This document shows positions 1 to 9,543 of a DNA stretch of 64,000 nucleotides, in pieces. The notes beneath the pieces were generated by a model. The model was not told the DNA's origin, made no database searches, and saw nothing but the letters and a program-made list of their open reading frames with translations. The stretch comes from an uncultured Verrucomicrobiae bacterium. Lineage in GTDB: Bacteria > Chlamydiota > Chlamydiia > Chlamydiales > Rhabdochlamydiaceae. The stretch lies in the NCBI GenBank assembly GCA_963806855.1, contig CAWDYW010000001.1, positions 160,001 through 224,000 of the forward strand. The letters are read 5' to 3'. How positions within the stretch are numbered: the first letter of the stretch is position 1; each line of letters begins with the position of its first letter. A program made the position numbers and the translations under genes.

Positions 1-665
1 TCACCCATATGGGGGCAAGTGCCAGCAAATGTACCTATCACGTGAACTGCGTCGCAGCTGAAATCCTCAATGGTAATTGCCCTAAGTGCGATCTGCCCGT
101 TAATGCAGGATCTCTTGAGCAGTTTAAGGCTCGTACTGTGGAACATTTAAAACCAGCTGTACCCAGTATCAATTATGAAGAAGAAGTAGCAGCTTGTAGG
201 CAATTAGAGCAAGAATTTGTCCAAGATAGAGTGGATAGAGATGCAGCAGCAGCCCGCGCATTACAGCAACAATTTGATCTCGAAGTCCTAAGAGAAACGC
301 AGGATAACGTAGAGACTAAACTTCGCGATGAAGATGTAGCCAGTAAATTGCAAAAACAATTTGACGCAGAAACCGGGGATGCAGAATTGGCCGCACTGCT
401 GTCAGAGCAAGGCGATGCTCCAGTTGCTCCGGATGCCGACTTAGAAGCAGCCTTAAGCCTAGACGCAGAATTAAATGGACAGCCCTCACAGGCTCCCGGG
501 GTACTTCACCTACCACTAGCAGCTTTTGCTGAACGCCCCGCTGCTCCTGCTGAACATGACCGCGTAATAAGACGATGCAATCCGCTATCAATTTTGACTA
601 GAAACCGTCTTATTTGTGCAGCAATCACGAGCATTTTTGTAGCATGCTTTTTGGCTAGATTTTAG
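1..665 (+). CDS. Candidate RING-finger/MIU-repeat effector with C-terminal membrane anchor (probably 5'-truncated by the window edge)
   Basis: Frame is open to the window edge (T-H-M-G...). H-x7-C-x2-H-x2-C-x9-CPKC resembles the second half of a RING finger. Repeated D-x2/3-A-x2-LQ motifs and a hydrophobic C-terminus (LICAAITSIFVACFLARF). Confidence 0.6.
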   Translation, partial: THMGASASKCTYHVNCVAAEILNGNCPKCDLPVNAGSLEQFKARTVEHLKPAVPSINYEEEVAACRQLEQEFVQDRVDRDAAAARALQQQFDLEVLRETQDNVETKLRDEDVASKLQKQFDAETGDAELAALLSEQGDAPVAPDADLEAALSLDAELNGQPSQAPGVLHLPLAAFAERPAAPAEHDRVIRRCNPLSILTRNRLICAAITSIFVACFLARF

Positions 666-689
666 GTTTTGACTGATAAAACTGAGTCA

Positions 690-896
690 TGATACAATAT
701 TTCCATTTTGAAGCTCTCTCGGCTAAAGCCGAAAGATTCCTGTTTCTTCACTCTGTGCATTGTTGCTGCTTCGGTTTTACGGATCATACCTCGCGGTACG
801 CCAACTCTATACCTGAGTCAGCAGAGCAACGTCTTAATGGCAGCTCCACAGGCTTTTCCCCCCGACCTTCCGACGGCTCGGTTAAGCAAGTTAACA
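690..896 (-). ncRNA. TnpB-type omegaRNA-like scaffold (IS200/IS605 right end) plus putative guide
   Basis: Minus strand reads GCCGTCGG...AAGCCTGTGGAG...GAAGAAACAGGAATCTTTCGGCTTTAGCCGAGAGAGCTTCAA, the usual 3' tnpB/right-end signature with its subterminal hairpin. No credible ORF covers it. Confidence 0.65.
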
Positions 897-902
897 GGAA
901 GA

Positions 903-931
903 ATACTAACAAAAGTGCGCATTTTATCCAA
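903..931 (-). promoter_or_regulatory. Sigma70/66-like promoter TTGGAT-17 nt-TAGTAT facing the omegaRNA-like sequence; palindrome AAAAGTGCGCATTTT in the spacer
   Basis: -35 at 926-931 and -10 at 903-908 on the minus strand, exact 17-nt spacer; near-perfect palindrome at 911-925. Confidence 0.5.
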
Positions 932-984
932 GTGCTAAAGCACCTGGTTTTAATGCGTCAACAGGATAAAGAATGGGAATAGCA

Positions 985-1587
985 ATGTCTTTAATTGAAA
1001 ACCTTACCAATTATGTTGGCCCTGCAATATACCGCGCAGGCCGTCAGAACACACCATTGTATTGCAATTACGATGGTCACGGTTACTGTTGGTGGGAGCT
1101 GAGGCCTGCTGCAGGCGACGGTTTAGGAATGGGCGTAACTGCTCTAGCGCTTAGCAGGTTATTATTGAGTTGGGAAAAGCAACAATTGATTTCGGAAGCA
1201 GCCACGGCGTGCTATCTTATGGCCTGTGGTGCTGGGGCAGTCTCAACTTTCATTACGTCGTCATGGCTAACTGCCGAAATACCTTTTAGCGATTATGGGG
1301 CCTCTTTGATTGAGAAAAATAAATGTAGTCTGACTGGATTAGATGTAGCCGCTGTCGGATTGCTAGCATTAGGCTTATTTTGCGAATTCGTATCAAAGAT
1401 ATCGCCTTCCCGAATTGTTCCAGTTGCACCTCAGCCTGCTCCAGTTGTTCAAGCTCAAGTTGCTCCGGTTGTGCCTAAGGTAGCTCCTGCTGTTCTAAAT
1501 GAAAGCAATGGACCAAGTAGAATCCAAAAGGCTGGAAGGGATGTTTTAAAACAACTTACAGTATTAGTAGAGGCCGAAACAAAATAA
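985..1587 (+). CDS. Hypothetical membrane protein, Inc/effector-like
   Basis: ORF 973..1587 (ATG 985 more likely); several hydrophobic segments and a PVAP-rich low-complexity tail. Confidence 0.55.
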   Translation: MSLIENLTNYVGPAIYRAGRQNTPLYCNYDGHGYCWWELRPAAGDGLGMGVTALALSRLLLSWEKQQLISEAATACYLMACGAGAVSTFITSSWLTAEIPFSDYGASLIEKNKCSLTGLDVAAVGLLALGLFCEFVSKISPSRIVPVAPQPAPVVQAQVAPVVPKVAPAVLNESNGPSRIQKAGRDVLKQLTVLVEAETK

Positions 1588-1616
1588 TTGGCCTCCCTCA
1601 TATAAATGAGACCATA

Positions 1617-1642
1617 CGCCGAGGTTATAGATAATCTCGGCG
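1617..1642. terminator. Hairpin between convergent genes
   Basis: CGCCGAGGTTAT-AG-ATAATCTCGGCG inverted repeat. Confidence 0.5.
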
Positions 1643-1667
1643 ATTATATTTATAGCGCATTTATTGG

Positions 1668-1940
1668 CTAGATTTTAGCAGCGTACTTGCTCTTGAGACG
1701 GCTTGCTTTATTGACTTTAAAGATGCCGCTTTTGACTGCTTTGTCGATCAGCGAATTGAGCGAGTTTAATTCCACTTGCGCTTGATCAGTTTTCTGAGCC
1801 GCTACTTCCTCGAAGGTACGGACCGCAGTCTTAATGCGCGATTTGAATGAGCGGTTTGCCAAACGGCGCTTTTCGTGTTGAAGGTCCCGCTTTAGGGCTG
1901 AGGGACGTCTTACTTTAGCTACTTTTTTTTCTTCTGCCAT
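1668..1940 (-). CDS. rpsT: 30S ribosomal protein S20
   Basis: MAEEKK...SALKRDLQHEKRRLANRSFKSRIKTAVR...IDKAVKSGIFKVNKASRLKS; true start is the ATG at 1940. Confidence 0.97.
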   Translation of the reverse strand: MAEEKKVAKVRRPSALKRDLQHEKRRLANRSFKSRIKTAVRTFEEVAAQKTDQAQVELNSLNSLIDKAVKSGIFKVNKASRLKSKYAAKI

Positions 1941-1987
1941 AATTCCTCTGGAATCTAAAGTGATAATCATAGAAAATTCGATGCAAA

Positions 1988-2434
1988 ATGTCAAGGCTAC
2001 TGTGGAAAATCCTATTTCTTGCCGTCGGCGCCCTCGCTCTCTGGAGAGCGATGACCGCCACCCTCGGCCTATGGGAATACTACCGCTATGGGCCTGAAGT
2101 GACGGCTCAGGTCGTCCATTGGGAGCTGCTGCCCAAGGGGTCAAAGTATGCCATTGAAGCGACCTTCACCTATGACTTCCGAGGGACGAGCTATACGACC
2201 CGCGCCGTCTTGGCCAAGCCCTATCATCTCAATCGAGGGTCGGCCGAACAATATATTCAAAAAATGTCTGGCATGAACTGGACCGCATGGGTCGATGCCG
2301 ATAAGCCGCAATATGCCACCTTGGAAAAACATTTCCCGCTCAAAGAGACCGTTTACGCCGTATGCCTTCTTGGGATTCTTCTCTACTTTGTCTACATCCG
2401 TTTTCACCTTGAACTTCTTGAAAGAAGCTCGTGA
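1988..2434 (+). CDS. Hypothetical membrane protein (DUF3592-like topology)
   Basis: N- and C-terminal TM helices flanking a beta-rich soluble domain. Confidence 0.6.
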   Translation: MSRLLWKILFLAVGALALWRAMTATLGLWEYYRYGPEVTAQVVHWELLPKGSKYAIEATFTYDFRGTSYTTRAVLAKPYHLNRGSAEQYIQKMSGMNWTAWVDADKPQYATLEKHFPLKETVYAVCLLGILLYFVYIRFHLELLERSS

Positions 2435-3183
2435 AGGCAAGTTAAATAAAACTCTTTTATTCGGATAAGACGCTGCGTTCTCCGCTTAGCAAATGAAAAT
2501 TTTCCTTTCAGGATCAAATCGATCAGATCCCCATCGCAGTAAAGAGGCCATGTCTGCGCCCGTTGCTTCAGCTGGATCGGCCACTGGACCTGAGGAAGCG
2601 GCTGCAGACCCCTTAAATCGACCTGTAGAGGCCTAGATTTGCTCCGCCGCTGCTTTCCCCTAATTTCCTCATGCTGATCGTAAATAGCCCCCTTTCCTTT
2701 GCTGTCCATGTTGGAAAAGTAGCAGGTCTTCGTCCGCAAAAATCTCTCTGTTGAAGTAATTTGTTTTTGATTGTAGGTCTGATCATGCAAAATCCAAACC
2801 ACCTCATACCCCAAGCTCTCATAGTCCCGACAGCGAGCCTTGGCTTCATCGAGCGACATCGGGGAAAATTGGATTTCAAAAATCGTTTTACTCTGATCAT
2901 CGGCCACATCGGCAATACGTCCAATTTCGGGAAAAGATTTTTCCATTTCGGCCGACTCAAACAAATTTTTAACGAAATACTGTAGTTGCAAGTGGATCAT
3001 CCCTTTCTGCGAGAGGCGGCAGGTGGGATTGAGCTTAAGATGGAAAAAGTGGGGCTGCCGCTGCTCCCCTCGGCGCAACCGGACAATCCCTCGGCATTCG
3101 GGACAGCAATAATTTATCCCTTTATCGGCTTCCGCAGCCAAAAGTGGACGATTTTCATCAAAGGCGTAGACTTGCATCGGCAA
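2404..3183 (-). CDS. coiA: Competence protein CoiA-like nuclease family protein
   Basis: N-terminal CPEC...HFFH zinc motif; PD-(D/E)xK-like RIADV...[21 protein letters not shown]. Confidence 0.85.
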   Translation of the reverse strand: MPMQVYAFDENRPLLAAEADKGINYCCPECRGIVRLRRGEQRQPHFFHLKLNPTCRLSQKGMIHLQLQYFVKNLFESAEMEKSFPEIGRIADVADDQSKTIFEIQFSPMSLDEAKARCRDYESLGYEVVWILHDQTYNQKQITSTERFLRTKTCYFSNMDSKGKGAIYDQHEEIRGKQRRSKSRPLQVDLRGLQPLPQVQWPIQLKQRAQTWPLYCDGDLIDLILKGKFSFAKRRTQRLIRIKEFYLTCLHELLSRSSR

Positions 3184-3226
3184 TTTTACTATAATTTTAA
3201 TCGATTTTGGATTATATCATAACATC

Positions 3227-4910
3227 ATGACCAAAGAAGTAGAAACATCTCCGGCCTATTCAGCACTTTTTAATCAACAGCATCAGCAGAAGATCGAAGA
3301 GCTGGTCACCCTAGCCAAAGACCAGGGCTTCATCACCTACGAAGAGATCAACGAGATCCTGCCGATGAGCTTTGATTCGGCTGAGCAGATCGACCAGGTG
3401 CTCATTTTCCTCAGCGGAATGGACATCCAGATCCTCAACCAAGCCGAAGTCGAGCGGCAAAAAGAGCGGAAAAAAGAGGCCAAAGAGCTCGAAGGGATTT
3501 CCCAAGCGAGCCGAAGGCTCCTCTGACGACCCTGTCCGGATGTACCTCAAAGAGATGGGCTCGGTCCCCCTCCTGACTCGCGAAGAGGAAGTGGAGATCT
3601 CCAAGCGGATCGAAAAAGCGCAGATCCAAGATCGAGCGCATCATCATGCGCTTCCGCTACTCGACACGCGAAGCGATCTCGATTGCCAACTATCTCACTC
3701 ACCGGAAAAGAGCGTTTCGACAAATCGATCGCAGAAAAAGAAGTAGAAGACAAACAAAGCTACCTCACCCTCCTCCCCAAGCTGATCGAGCTGTTAATCA
3801 GCGAAGATAAAGTCTCAGGAAGGATTGCTCATACAAATGCGCGATCCCAAGCTGAAAAAAGCTGATAAACTCAAAGTCTCCGAAGATATCGAAAAGTGCC
3901 GCATCCGCACGCAAGCCTATTTGCGCCGCATGCATTTCCGTCACAATATCATCGAAGACTTTGGCGAAGTGATCATGGATGCTTATGACCGCTTCATCGT
4001 CCTCGAAAAAGAGATCCAAGAGCTCACACCTCGCGCTGAGAAGAATAAATTTGCCGCCGCCAAACTGGCCGCCGTACAGCGCAAACTGCAAAAGCGGGAA
4101 CTGGCCGCCGGGCGCAGCATCGAAGAGTTTAAAAAAGATGTCCGCATGCTGCAGCGCTGGATGGATAAGAGCCAAGAAGCCAAGCGCGAAATGGTCGAAT
4201 CCAACCTCCGCCTGGTCATCTCCATTGCGAAAAAATACACCAACCGCGGCCTCTCCTTCCTCGACCTCATCCAAGAAGGAAACATGGGCCTGATGAAGGC
4301 CGTCGAAAAATTCGAATACCGCCGCGGATATAAATTCTCAACTTACGCCACTTGGTGGATTCGCCAAGCAGTCACTCGTGCGATCGCCGACCAAGCCCGC
4401 ACGATCCGTATCCCCGTCCACATGATCGAAACGATCAACAAAGTGCTGCGAGGCGCTAAAAAATTGATGATGGAAACCGGTCGCGAGCCAACGCCAGAAG
4501 AACTGGCGCATGAGCTCGGCTTGACACCTGAACGGGTACGCGAGATTTACAAAATCGCCCAGCATCCCATCTCGCTTCAAGCCGAAGTGGGAGAAGGTGG
4601 CGAGAGCCAATTTGGCGACTTCCTCGAAGATACCACCATCGAATCGCCCGCGGAAGCGACCGGCTATTCGATCCTCAAAGACAAGATGAACGAGGTTCTC
4701 TCGACCCTAACAGATCGAGAGCGGACCGTTCTGATTGAGCGCTTTGGCCTCCTCGATGGGAAGCCTAAGACCCTCGAAGAAGTGGGCATGCGCTTTAAAG
4801 TGACCCGCGAACGGGTGCGCCAAATCGAAGCCAAAGCGCTCCGCAAGATGCGCCATCCGACACGCGCTAAGCAACTTCAAGCCTTTCTCGATCTTCTCGA
4901 AGAGGAGTAG
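3227..4910 (+). CDS. rpoD: Primary RNA polymerase sigma factor (sigma66), split by about 4 apparent indels between ~3495 and ~3820
   Basis: Region 1.1 [15 protein letters not shown], region 1.2 [12 protein letters not shown], region 2 [12 protein letters not shown]...[14 protein letters not shown], region 4 TLEEVG...[10 protein letters not shown], spread over successive frames. Confidence 0.97.
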
Positions 4911-4911
4911 G

Positions 4912-4945
4912 AGGGGGTCTACAAACTCGGTTTCAGACCCCCTTT
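4912..4945 (+). terminator. Intrinsic terminator after rpoD
   Basis: AGGGGGTCT...AGACCCCCT followed by T-rich sequence. Confidence 0.6.
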
Positions 4946-5041
4946 AAATTTGAATAGCTCTAAGAAATTAATTTAGATAGCGAAAATTCCCGCCAAGATG
5001 TTAAAATCTTATAAAGATAAAACATAATAAGGAGGCAGGAC

Positions 5042-6106
5042 ATGCCATCAATAGTAGAGCCAACAGCAACCATAAGACTTGAAATTCCCCAGTCGGAATT
5101 TAATAAGTACATTCAAACTTCTAATCCCACTAAAACCGAAGAACCCACTTGGGCTGCAACCGTAAAAGGTGCAATCGTCACAGCAGGCTTACTTGCAGTT
5201 GCCGGATATGCAGTTTCTCAAAACTGGGAATCCATCTACATGGCAGGTGCTAATTCCTGTTTCAATCGAGTTCTAACGCAATGTGCACAAAAGCTTGTCA
5301 ACCAAGCTTTCGATCAAACTTCAGCACTTCCTTTGATTGGTCCAGGCTCTCCTAGAATTTTCGAGACCATCACGACCTCTTTGTTTGGGGCAGCTGGAAA
5401 ATTGGCTAGTTTTGCTTACGATAATCCTAGAGTCACCGCCACAGCGATCAGCGTATATAGTTTAGTTAAGGACAGCCTTGCGATTCAATTTGCTCTTGGA
5501 ACCATCCTTGCTGCAGCGGTCATTACGCCGGTCAAATATACAGCAAGTGCGATGAAAGCAGCCGTATGGCCAAAGAATGGCTCTTCTACAACTGTTAAAG
5601 TGGTCAAAGTAGCGGCCCTTGCAGCGGTCGTTTTAGCCGGATTTTATGCTGCTGGTTACTTGGAGCAGATGCAGAAATTAGCTAAGGAATTTACTTGTCC
5701 TAAGAGCGTCACCATTGTGCCAGAATCGGTATACACCAATGGGACCCAGGCTCTAAGCTATAAAACGCCTTCCGATATCGCTACTGCAACTCCAAGTGCT
5801 CTTGCAACAGCCGCAGAAAAATTCGGTGCGTTAGTCGGCTTGACACCTAGCACTCCACAATCAGAAATTGTGCAGCAGGTGAAAGCCGCGCTTCAGCCCC
5901 TTGCTGAAAAAGCAAAGCTTACAGAACCCACTTTCAAAGCGACGGAAGAAACATTCGAAACTATTGGCAAAAAGATCGGCGATGCTGCCATCGTGCACAA
6001 TATATGGTTAGCATTTCAAAATATCGCCCTACCTGCTGCAGGTGCGGTATTTGGACTTGGCGCAATGATCATGAATTTCCAAGCCAGAAGAGTAGTAGTC
6101 CGCTAA
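5042..6106 (+). CDS. Hypothetical Ala/Thr-rich multi-TM protein (candidate inclusion membrane protein/effector)
   Basis: 354-aa ORF with strong RBS (AAGGAGG), several hydrophobic stretches, no recognisable enzyme motif. Confidence 0.6.
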   Translation: MPSIVEPTATIRLEIPQSEFNKYIQTSNPTKTEEPTWAATVKGAIVTAGLLAVAGYAVSQNWESIYMAGANSCFNRVLTQCAQKLVNQAFDQTSALPLIGPGSPRIFETITTSLFGAAGKLASFAYDNPRVTATAISVYSLVKDSLAIQFALGTILAAAVITPVKYTASAMKAAVWPKNGSSTTVKVVKVAALAAVVLAGFYAAGYLEQMQKLAKEFTCPKSVTIVPESVYTNGTQALSYKTPSDIATATPSALATAAEKFGALVGLTPSTPQSEIVQQVKAALQPLAEKAKLTEPTFKATEETFETIGKKIGDAAIVHNIWLAFQNIALPAAGAVFGLGAMIMNFQARRVVVR

Positions 6107-6135
6107 TCATCTAGTTTCACAATGATTCCCATTCT

Positions 6136-6170
6136 GGGCTAAACTCAATCGAGTTTAGCCCTATTTTTTT
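6136..6170 (+). terminator. Intrinsic terminator
   Basis: GGGCTAAACTC-AATC-GAGTTTAGCCC followed by a T run. Confidence 0.75.
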
Positions 6171-6271
6171 GTCCAAATTCCCTGAAGGCGAGCCTGCAAT
6201 ATTCTTGCGTAGATCGGGGCTCTTTTGCTATGGTATTGCGCTCTCTTTAACCTTTGAAGGAATACCGAGTT

Positions 6272-6946
6272 ATGAAAAAAGCGTTCATTTTAGTTCTGCT
6301 CTTCTTAACCATTGCATTACACAGTTATGATGCCCGATGGGAAATGTACAAAGCCAAAGCGCTGCCAGAGTTATCCAATATCGATGGTTGGTGCAGTCAA
6401 GATAAAGCTCAAAACATGATGGATCTAATTTATCGAACCCGCCCCCAAATTTGCGTCGAAATCGGGGTTTATGGAGGGTCTTCAATTTACCCAACTGCAT
6501 GTGCTTTAGGATATTTAAAAACTGGAGTTGTTTATGCAATTGATCCATGGGACAATACAAAATGCACTGAAGGTTATGCTCAAGGCAATAAACATTATGA
6601 TTGGTGCGAAATTGATTTAGAAAAAATTTATTCCAACTTTCTCAATATGCTCAAAAAATACAGTTTGCGTAAGCATTGTTATGTCATGCGCATGACCTCT
6701 GAGCAAGCTTGCGATTACTTTCTCGAGGGGAGCATCGATATTCTCCACATAGATGGGAATCACACAGAGGACTCAGCTTATAGAGATGCCCTACTCTATC
6801 TACCAAAGGTAAAAAGAGGGGGATACATTTGGTTTGCTGATGTGAATTGGAAGAGCACGACAAGGGCCATCGAATTGCTCAGCGATTACTGCGATGAAAT
6901 TCCTGAAATGTTCGTGGATAATTGCATCTTGTTCCGGAAGAGATGA
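6272..6946 (+). CDS. Class I SAM-dependent methyltransferase (Methyltransf_24-like) with signal peptide
   Basis: VEIGVYGGSS, YAIDPW, IDILHIDGNHT motifs; N-terminal MKKAFILVLLFLTIALHS. Confidence 0.85.
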   Translation: MKKAFILVLLFLTIALHSYDARWEMYKAKALPELSNIDGWCSQDKAQNMMDLIYRTRPQICVEIGVYGGSSIYPTACALGYLKTGVVYAIDPWDNTKCTEGYAQGNKHYDWCEIDLEKIYSNFLNMLKKYSLRKHCYVMRMTSEQACDYFLEGSIDILHIDGNHTEDSAYRDALLYLPKVKRGGYIWFADVNWKSTTRAIELLSDYCDEIPEMFVDNCILFRKR

Positions 6947-6989
6947 TAGTTTTTTTAGCGCTTTCTTTAGTAAAAATGTTATCTTTTTC

Positions 6990-7961
6990 CTATTCAGAGA
7001 GATCGATTTTTAGCCTTGGATAGATTTTGCTGAGCATATGCTCATAAAGTATCTTAAATTGATTTAAATCAAGACCATCTCGAGTCCGATATAAGATCAC
7101 TTTATCGCTTGCTTTATCGAAGTAGTAGGTTGCTTCTTGCAGAGAATGGACAGGTGTTAGAAGAGCGCCATATTTGCTTAGCCGTTTAGTATCAAGTGAA
7201 TTTATGCACATCAATTGACGGACGCCTGATGGAAGAGAAGGACAACAATGAAAGGGATTCCGCTTTCCATGGGGCCAAACTCCAGTTGCAAGAGCAGTAA
7301 GAGCGGCATCATCGGAATGATTGGGATCGATCAATTCCTCTCCAGCTTGTTTTAAGCGATTGTATTCACGTATGATATGAGCCTTCACATCGGCAGTAAA
7401 AATCATGGCATATCCAATTGCGTACCATTGCTTTTCCCACAATGGGGTTGTAAATTGGCTTTGAGGGTGCGTTTCGGCATAATCGGCAACAGCAGCTAGA
7501 TTGAAGAAGGTATTAATGTTGGTTCGAATATAATGGGTATAGTTATTCCCAAGCCATTCCAAGGCCCTAACCGTCTTAAGAAGAATTTGATCATGGCCTG
7601 TTTGCTCTGTCCATGGATCCCCCACAAAGATCGTATTTCCTTCGAGCCAGACCTGCTCGGGAGTATCTTTTCTGGGACTTGTGCATTGGATAAAATAGCA
7701 ATCGACATTGGGATGGCTATTCATGTACTGCTCCCAAACTTTCTTCCCCAACTTCCATCTGCGTTCTGCTGGACCATCATTAAAAATTAGAGGAGCAATG
7801 ATTAAAATTGCAGTCCGTGCTGGTCGTCTTTCGGTAGGTTCGAGGAGTTTAGTGCTATCCCAACGTTTTAAACCGCGCGTGGTTTTTGAATGATTTTTGG
7901 CTGAAGCCTGCGGGAGAAATAGAATGATTTGAAGTGCCAAAATTAATATTAGTTTAAACAT
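6990..7961 (-). CDS. Secreted glycosyltransferase-like protein (GT31-like), paralogue of 10487..11452
   Basis: KTVRALEWL...YIRTNINTFFN...DDAAL pattern, signal peptide, extended identity with the 10487 ORF (RWKLGKKVWEQYMNSHP). Confidence 0.55.
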   Translation of the reverse strand: MFKLILILALQIILFLPQASAKNHSKTTRGLKRWDSTKLLEPTERRPARTAILIIAPLIFNDGPAERRWKLGKKVWEQYMNSHPNVDCYFIQCTSPRKDTPEQVWLEGNTIFVGDPWTEQTGHDQILLKTVRALEWLGNNYTHYIRTNINTFFNLAAVADYAETHPQSQFTTPLWEKQWYAIGYAMIFTADVKAHIIREYNRLKQAGEELIDPNHSDDAALTALATGVWPHGKRNPFHCCPSLPSGVRQLMCINSLDTKRLSKYGALLTPVHSLQEATYYFDKASDKVILYRTRDGLDLNQFKILYEHMLSKIYPRLKIDLSE

Positions 7962-8151
7962 CTGTAGGAATTCCTGAGTTGTTTCGGTATAGGCTTTCAG
8001 TCATTTGAATTTTTTAGGATTTTTTGCATCCGAAATACTACCATTCTCCAGCTATTTTAACCAATTTTTTTTAGACCTTGGCATTTTTTTTGTTGCGCTG
8101 CTTTACATTTTTTTGCTAGCCTCGCTCAAACTGCAAGTATAGAGGACTTCC

Positions 8152-9492
8152 ATGCGATTACTTTTCTCATTGGCGATTGTTTTTTTATTGGGCATACTTC
8201 AACAGGCTAATGCTATCGATCATCATAGAGCGCGTTATAGACCTGAGGGATATAGGCAGCCTCAAGTTAACCCGATATCCTTTCAAATTGATTACAAGGA
8301 AACAAGTAGTGAATTGTGCATGATCGGAGCAAAGTATGATACCGATAAATCATCGCAGCGTCAAAATGTCACAAATTCAAGACACTGCCATCCTTACACA
8401 CTATTTTATCATTCATTGTTCAGAGACAAAAGAGATGACGATCTTGACATCGCTGAATTAGGCATACTTTATGGATCATCTTTACTGATGTGGAGAGAGT
8501 ATTTCACCAAGGCAAGAATATATGGATTCGAGTACGACCCTGCATTAATCGACTCCTTTAAAAGGAATTATGATAATGATCGCATTTTCTTATTCCCCCT
8601 CAACGTTCATGAAACCACAAATATCGTAGAGGCATTTGAGTCCGTGGGTAAACAATACGATTTGATTATCGAAGACACTACTCACCAGTTTGAAGATCAG
8701 ATAAGAGTCATATTAAATGCCTATCGTTATTTAAAACCTGGTGGGATGCTCATCGTCGAAGATATATTCAAGTCTTATAAGGAACAAGACTATATAGAGA
8801 GACTAAGACCTATCTTACATGAATTTCAGGACTTTTATTTTGTTTCCATGGATCATGTAAATAGAAATTCAACTGGATGGGACAATGATAAACTATTTGT
8901 ATTGGTGAAAGCAGGAGCTAAGCCTATTTTCAAGAACAAAAAGAAAATGACAATTATCACCCCTTCTATTCGCCCATTTAACCTGACAAAATTAAAAGCA
9001 TCGATAGATTTTAATTATGTGGATGAATGGATTATCGTTTACGATGGAAGTAAGATATCCAAGAATCCACATATTTTTGCTCAGGCAGGAAATCCAAAAA
9101 TTAAGGAATACCTTTATCGAGGAGAAGGGAGGAGTGGAAATCCTCAACGCAACTATGCACTTGATCATATTGAGAACGAAGATACCTATTTGTATTTTCT
9201 AGATGACGACAATTTAATACATAAAGATTTATATAGACTCCTCAATATTATAGATGATGGGAGGATTTATTCCTTTGATCAGAAAGATAGAATGTTTGGC
9301 ACTAATATCACAGGCTCGATGGACTCTGCAATATTTTTGGTTGACTTCAAGCTCTGCAAGGATATTCGATGGGACTTATATACCTACGGTGCCGATTTAA
9401 TTTATATTAGAGATTGTTATTTAAACAACAAAAGTCAATGGGTGTACGTCCACAACGTCCTAAGCACTTATAATGTGTTACCGCGCGGGTAA
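8152..9492 (+). CDS. SAM-methyltransferase fused to a GT-A (GT43/GT2-like) glycosyltransferase, with signal peptide
   Basis: N-domain YDTDK...ELGILYGSSL...LKPGGMLIVEDI; C-domain IITPS.RP...WIIVYD...QRNYALD...YFLDDDN. Confidence 0.75.
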   Translation: MRLLFSLAIVFLLGILQQANAIDHHRARYRPEGYRQPQVNPISFQIDYKETSSELCMIGAKYDTDKSSQRQNVTNSRHCHPYTLFYHSLFRDKRDDDLDIAELGILYGSSLLMWREYFTKARIYGFEYDPALIDSFKRNYDNDRIFLFPLNVHETTNIVEAFESVGKQYDLIIEDTTHQFEDQIRVILNAYRYLKPGGMLIVEDIFKSYKEQDYIERLRPILHEFQDFYFVSMDHVNRNSTGWDNDKLFVLVKAGAKPIFKNKKKMTIITPSIRPFNLTKLKASIDFNYVDEWIIVYDGSKISKNPHIFAQAGNPKIKEYLYRGEGRSGNPQRNYALDHIENEDTYLYFLDDDNLIHKDLYRLLNIIDDGRIYSFDQKDRMFGTNITGSMDSAIFLVDFKLCKDIRWDLYTYGADLIYIRDCYLNNKSQWVYVHNVLSTYNVLPRG

Positions 9493-9543
9493 CTCAAACA
9501 AACTGAAAAGTTGGTTTTCGGCGGTGTCGGCATTCCCAGCTTA

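Noticed and set aside
9..30. N-myristoylation signal MGASAS
   Set aside because: The frame is open upstream and the RING-like pattern suggests this Met is internal; cannot be decided at the window edge
689..982. ORFs 689..982 and 708..938 (+)
   Set aside because: They overlap the omegaRNA-like structure and its promoter, with no protein-like features
1941..2144. N-terminal extensions of rpsT (also coaD to 45019, GT92 to 10623, helicase to 61416)
   Set aside because: The ORF caller used the most upstream start; homology and RBS support downstream starts
3227..4910. rpoD pseudogene or programmed frameshifting
   Set aside because: Essential gene; similar indels occur throughout the window, so sequencing error is more parsimonious
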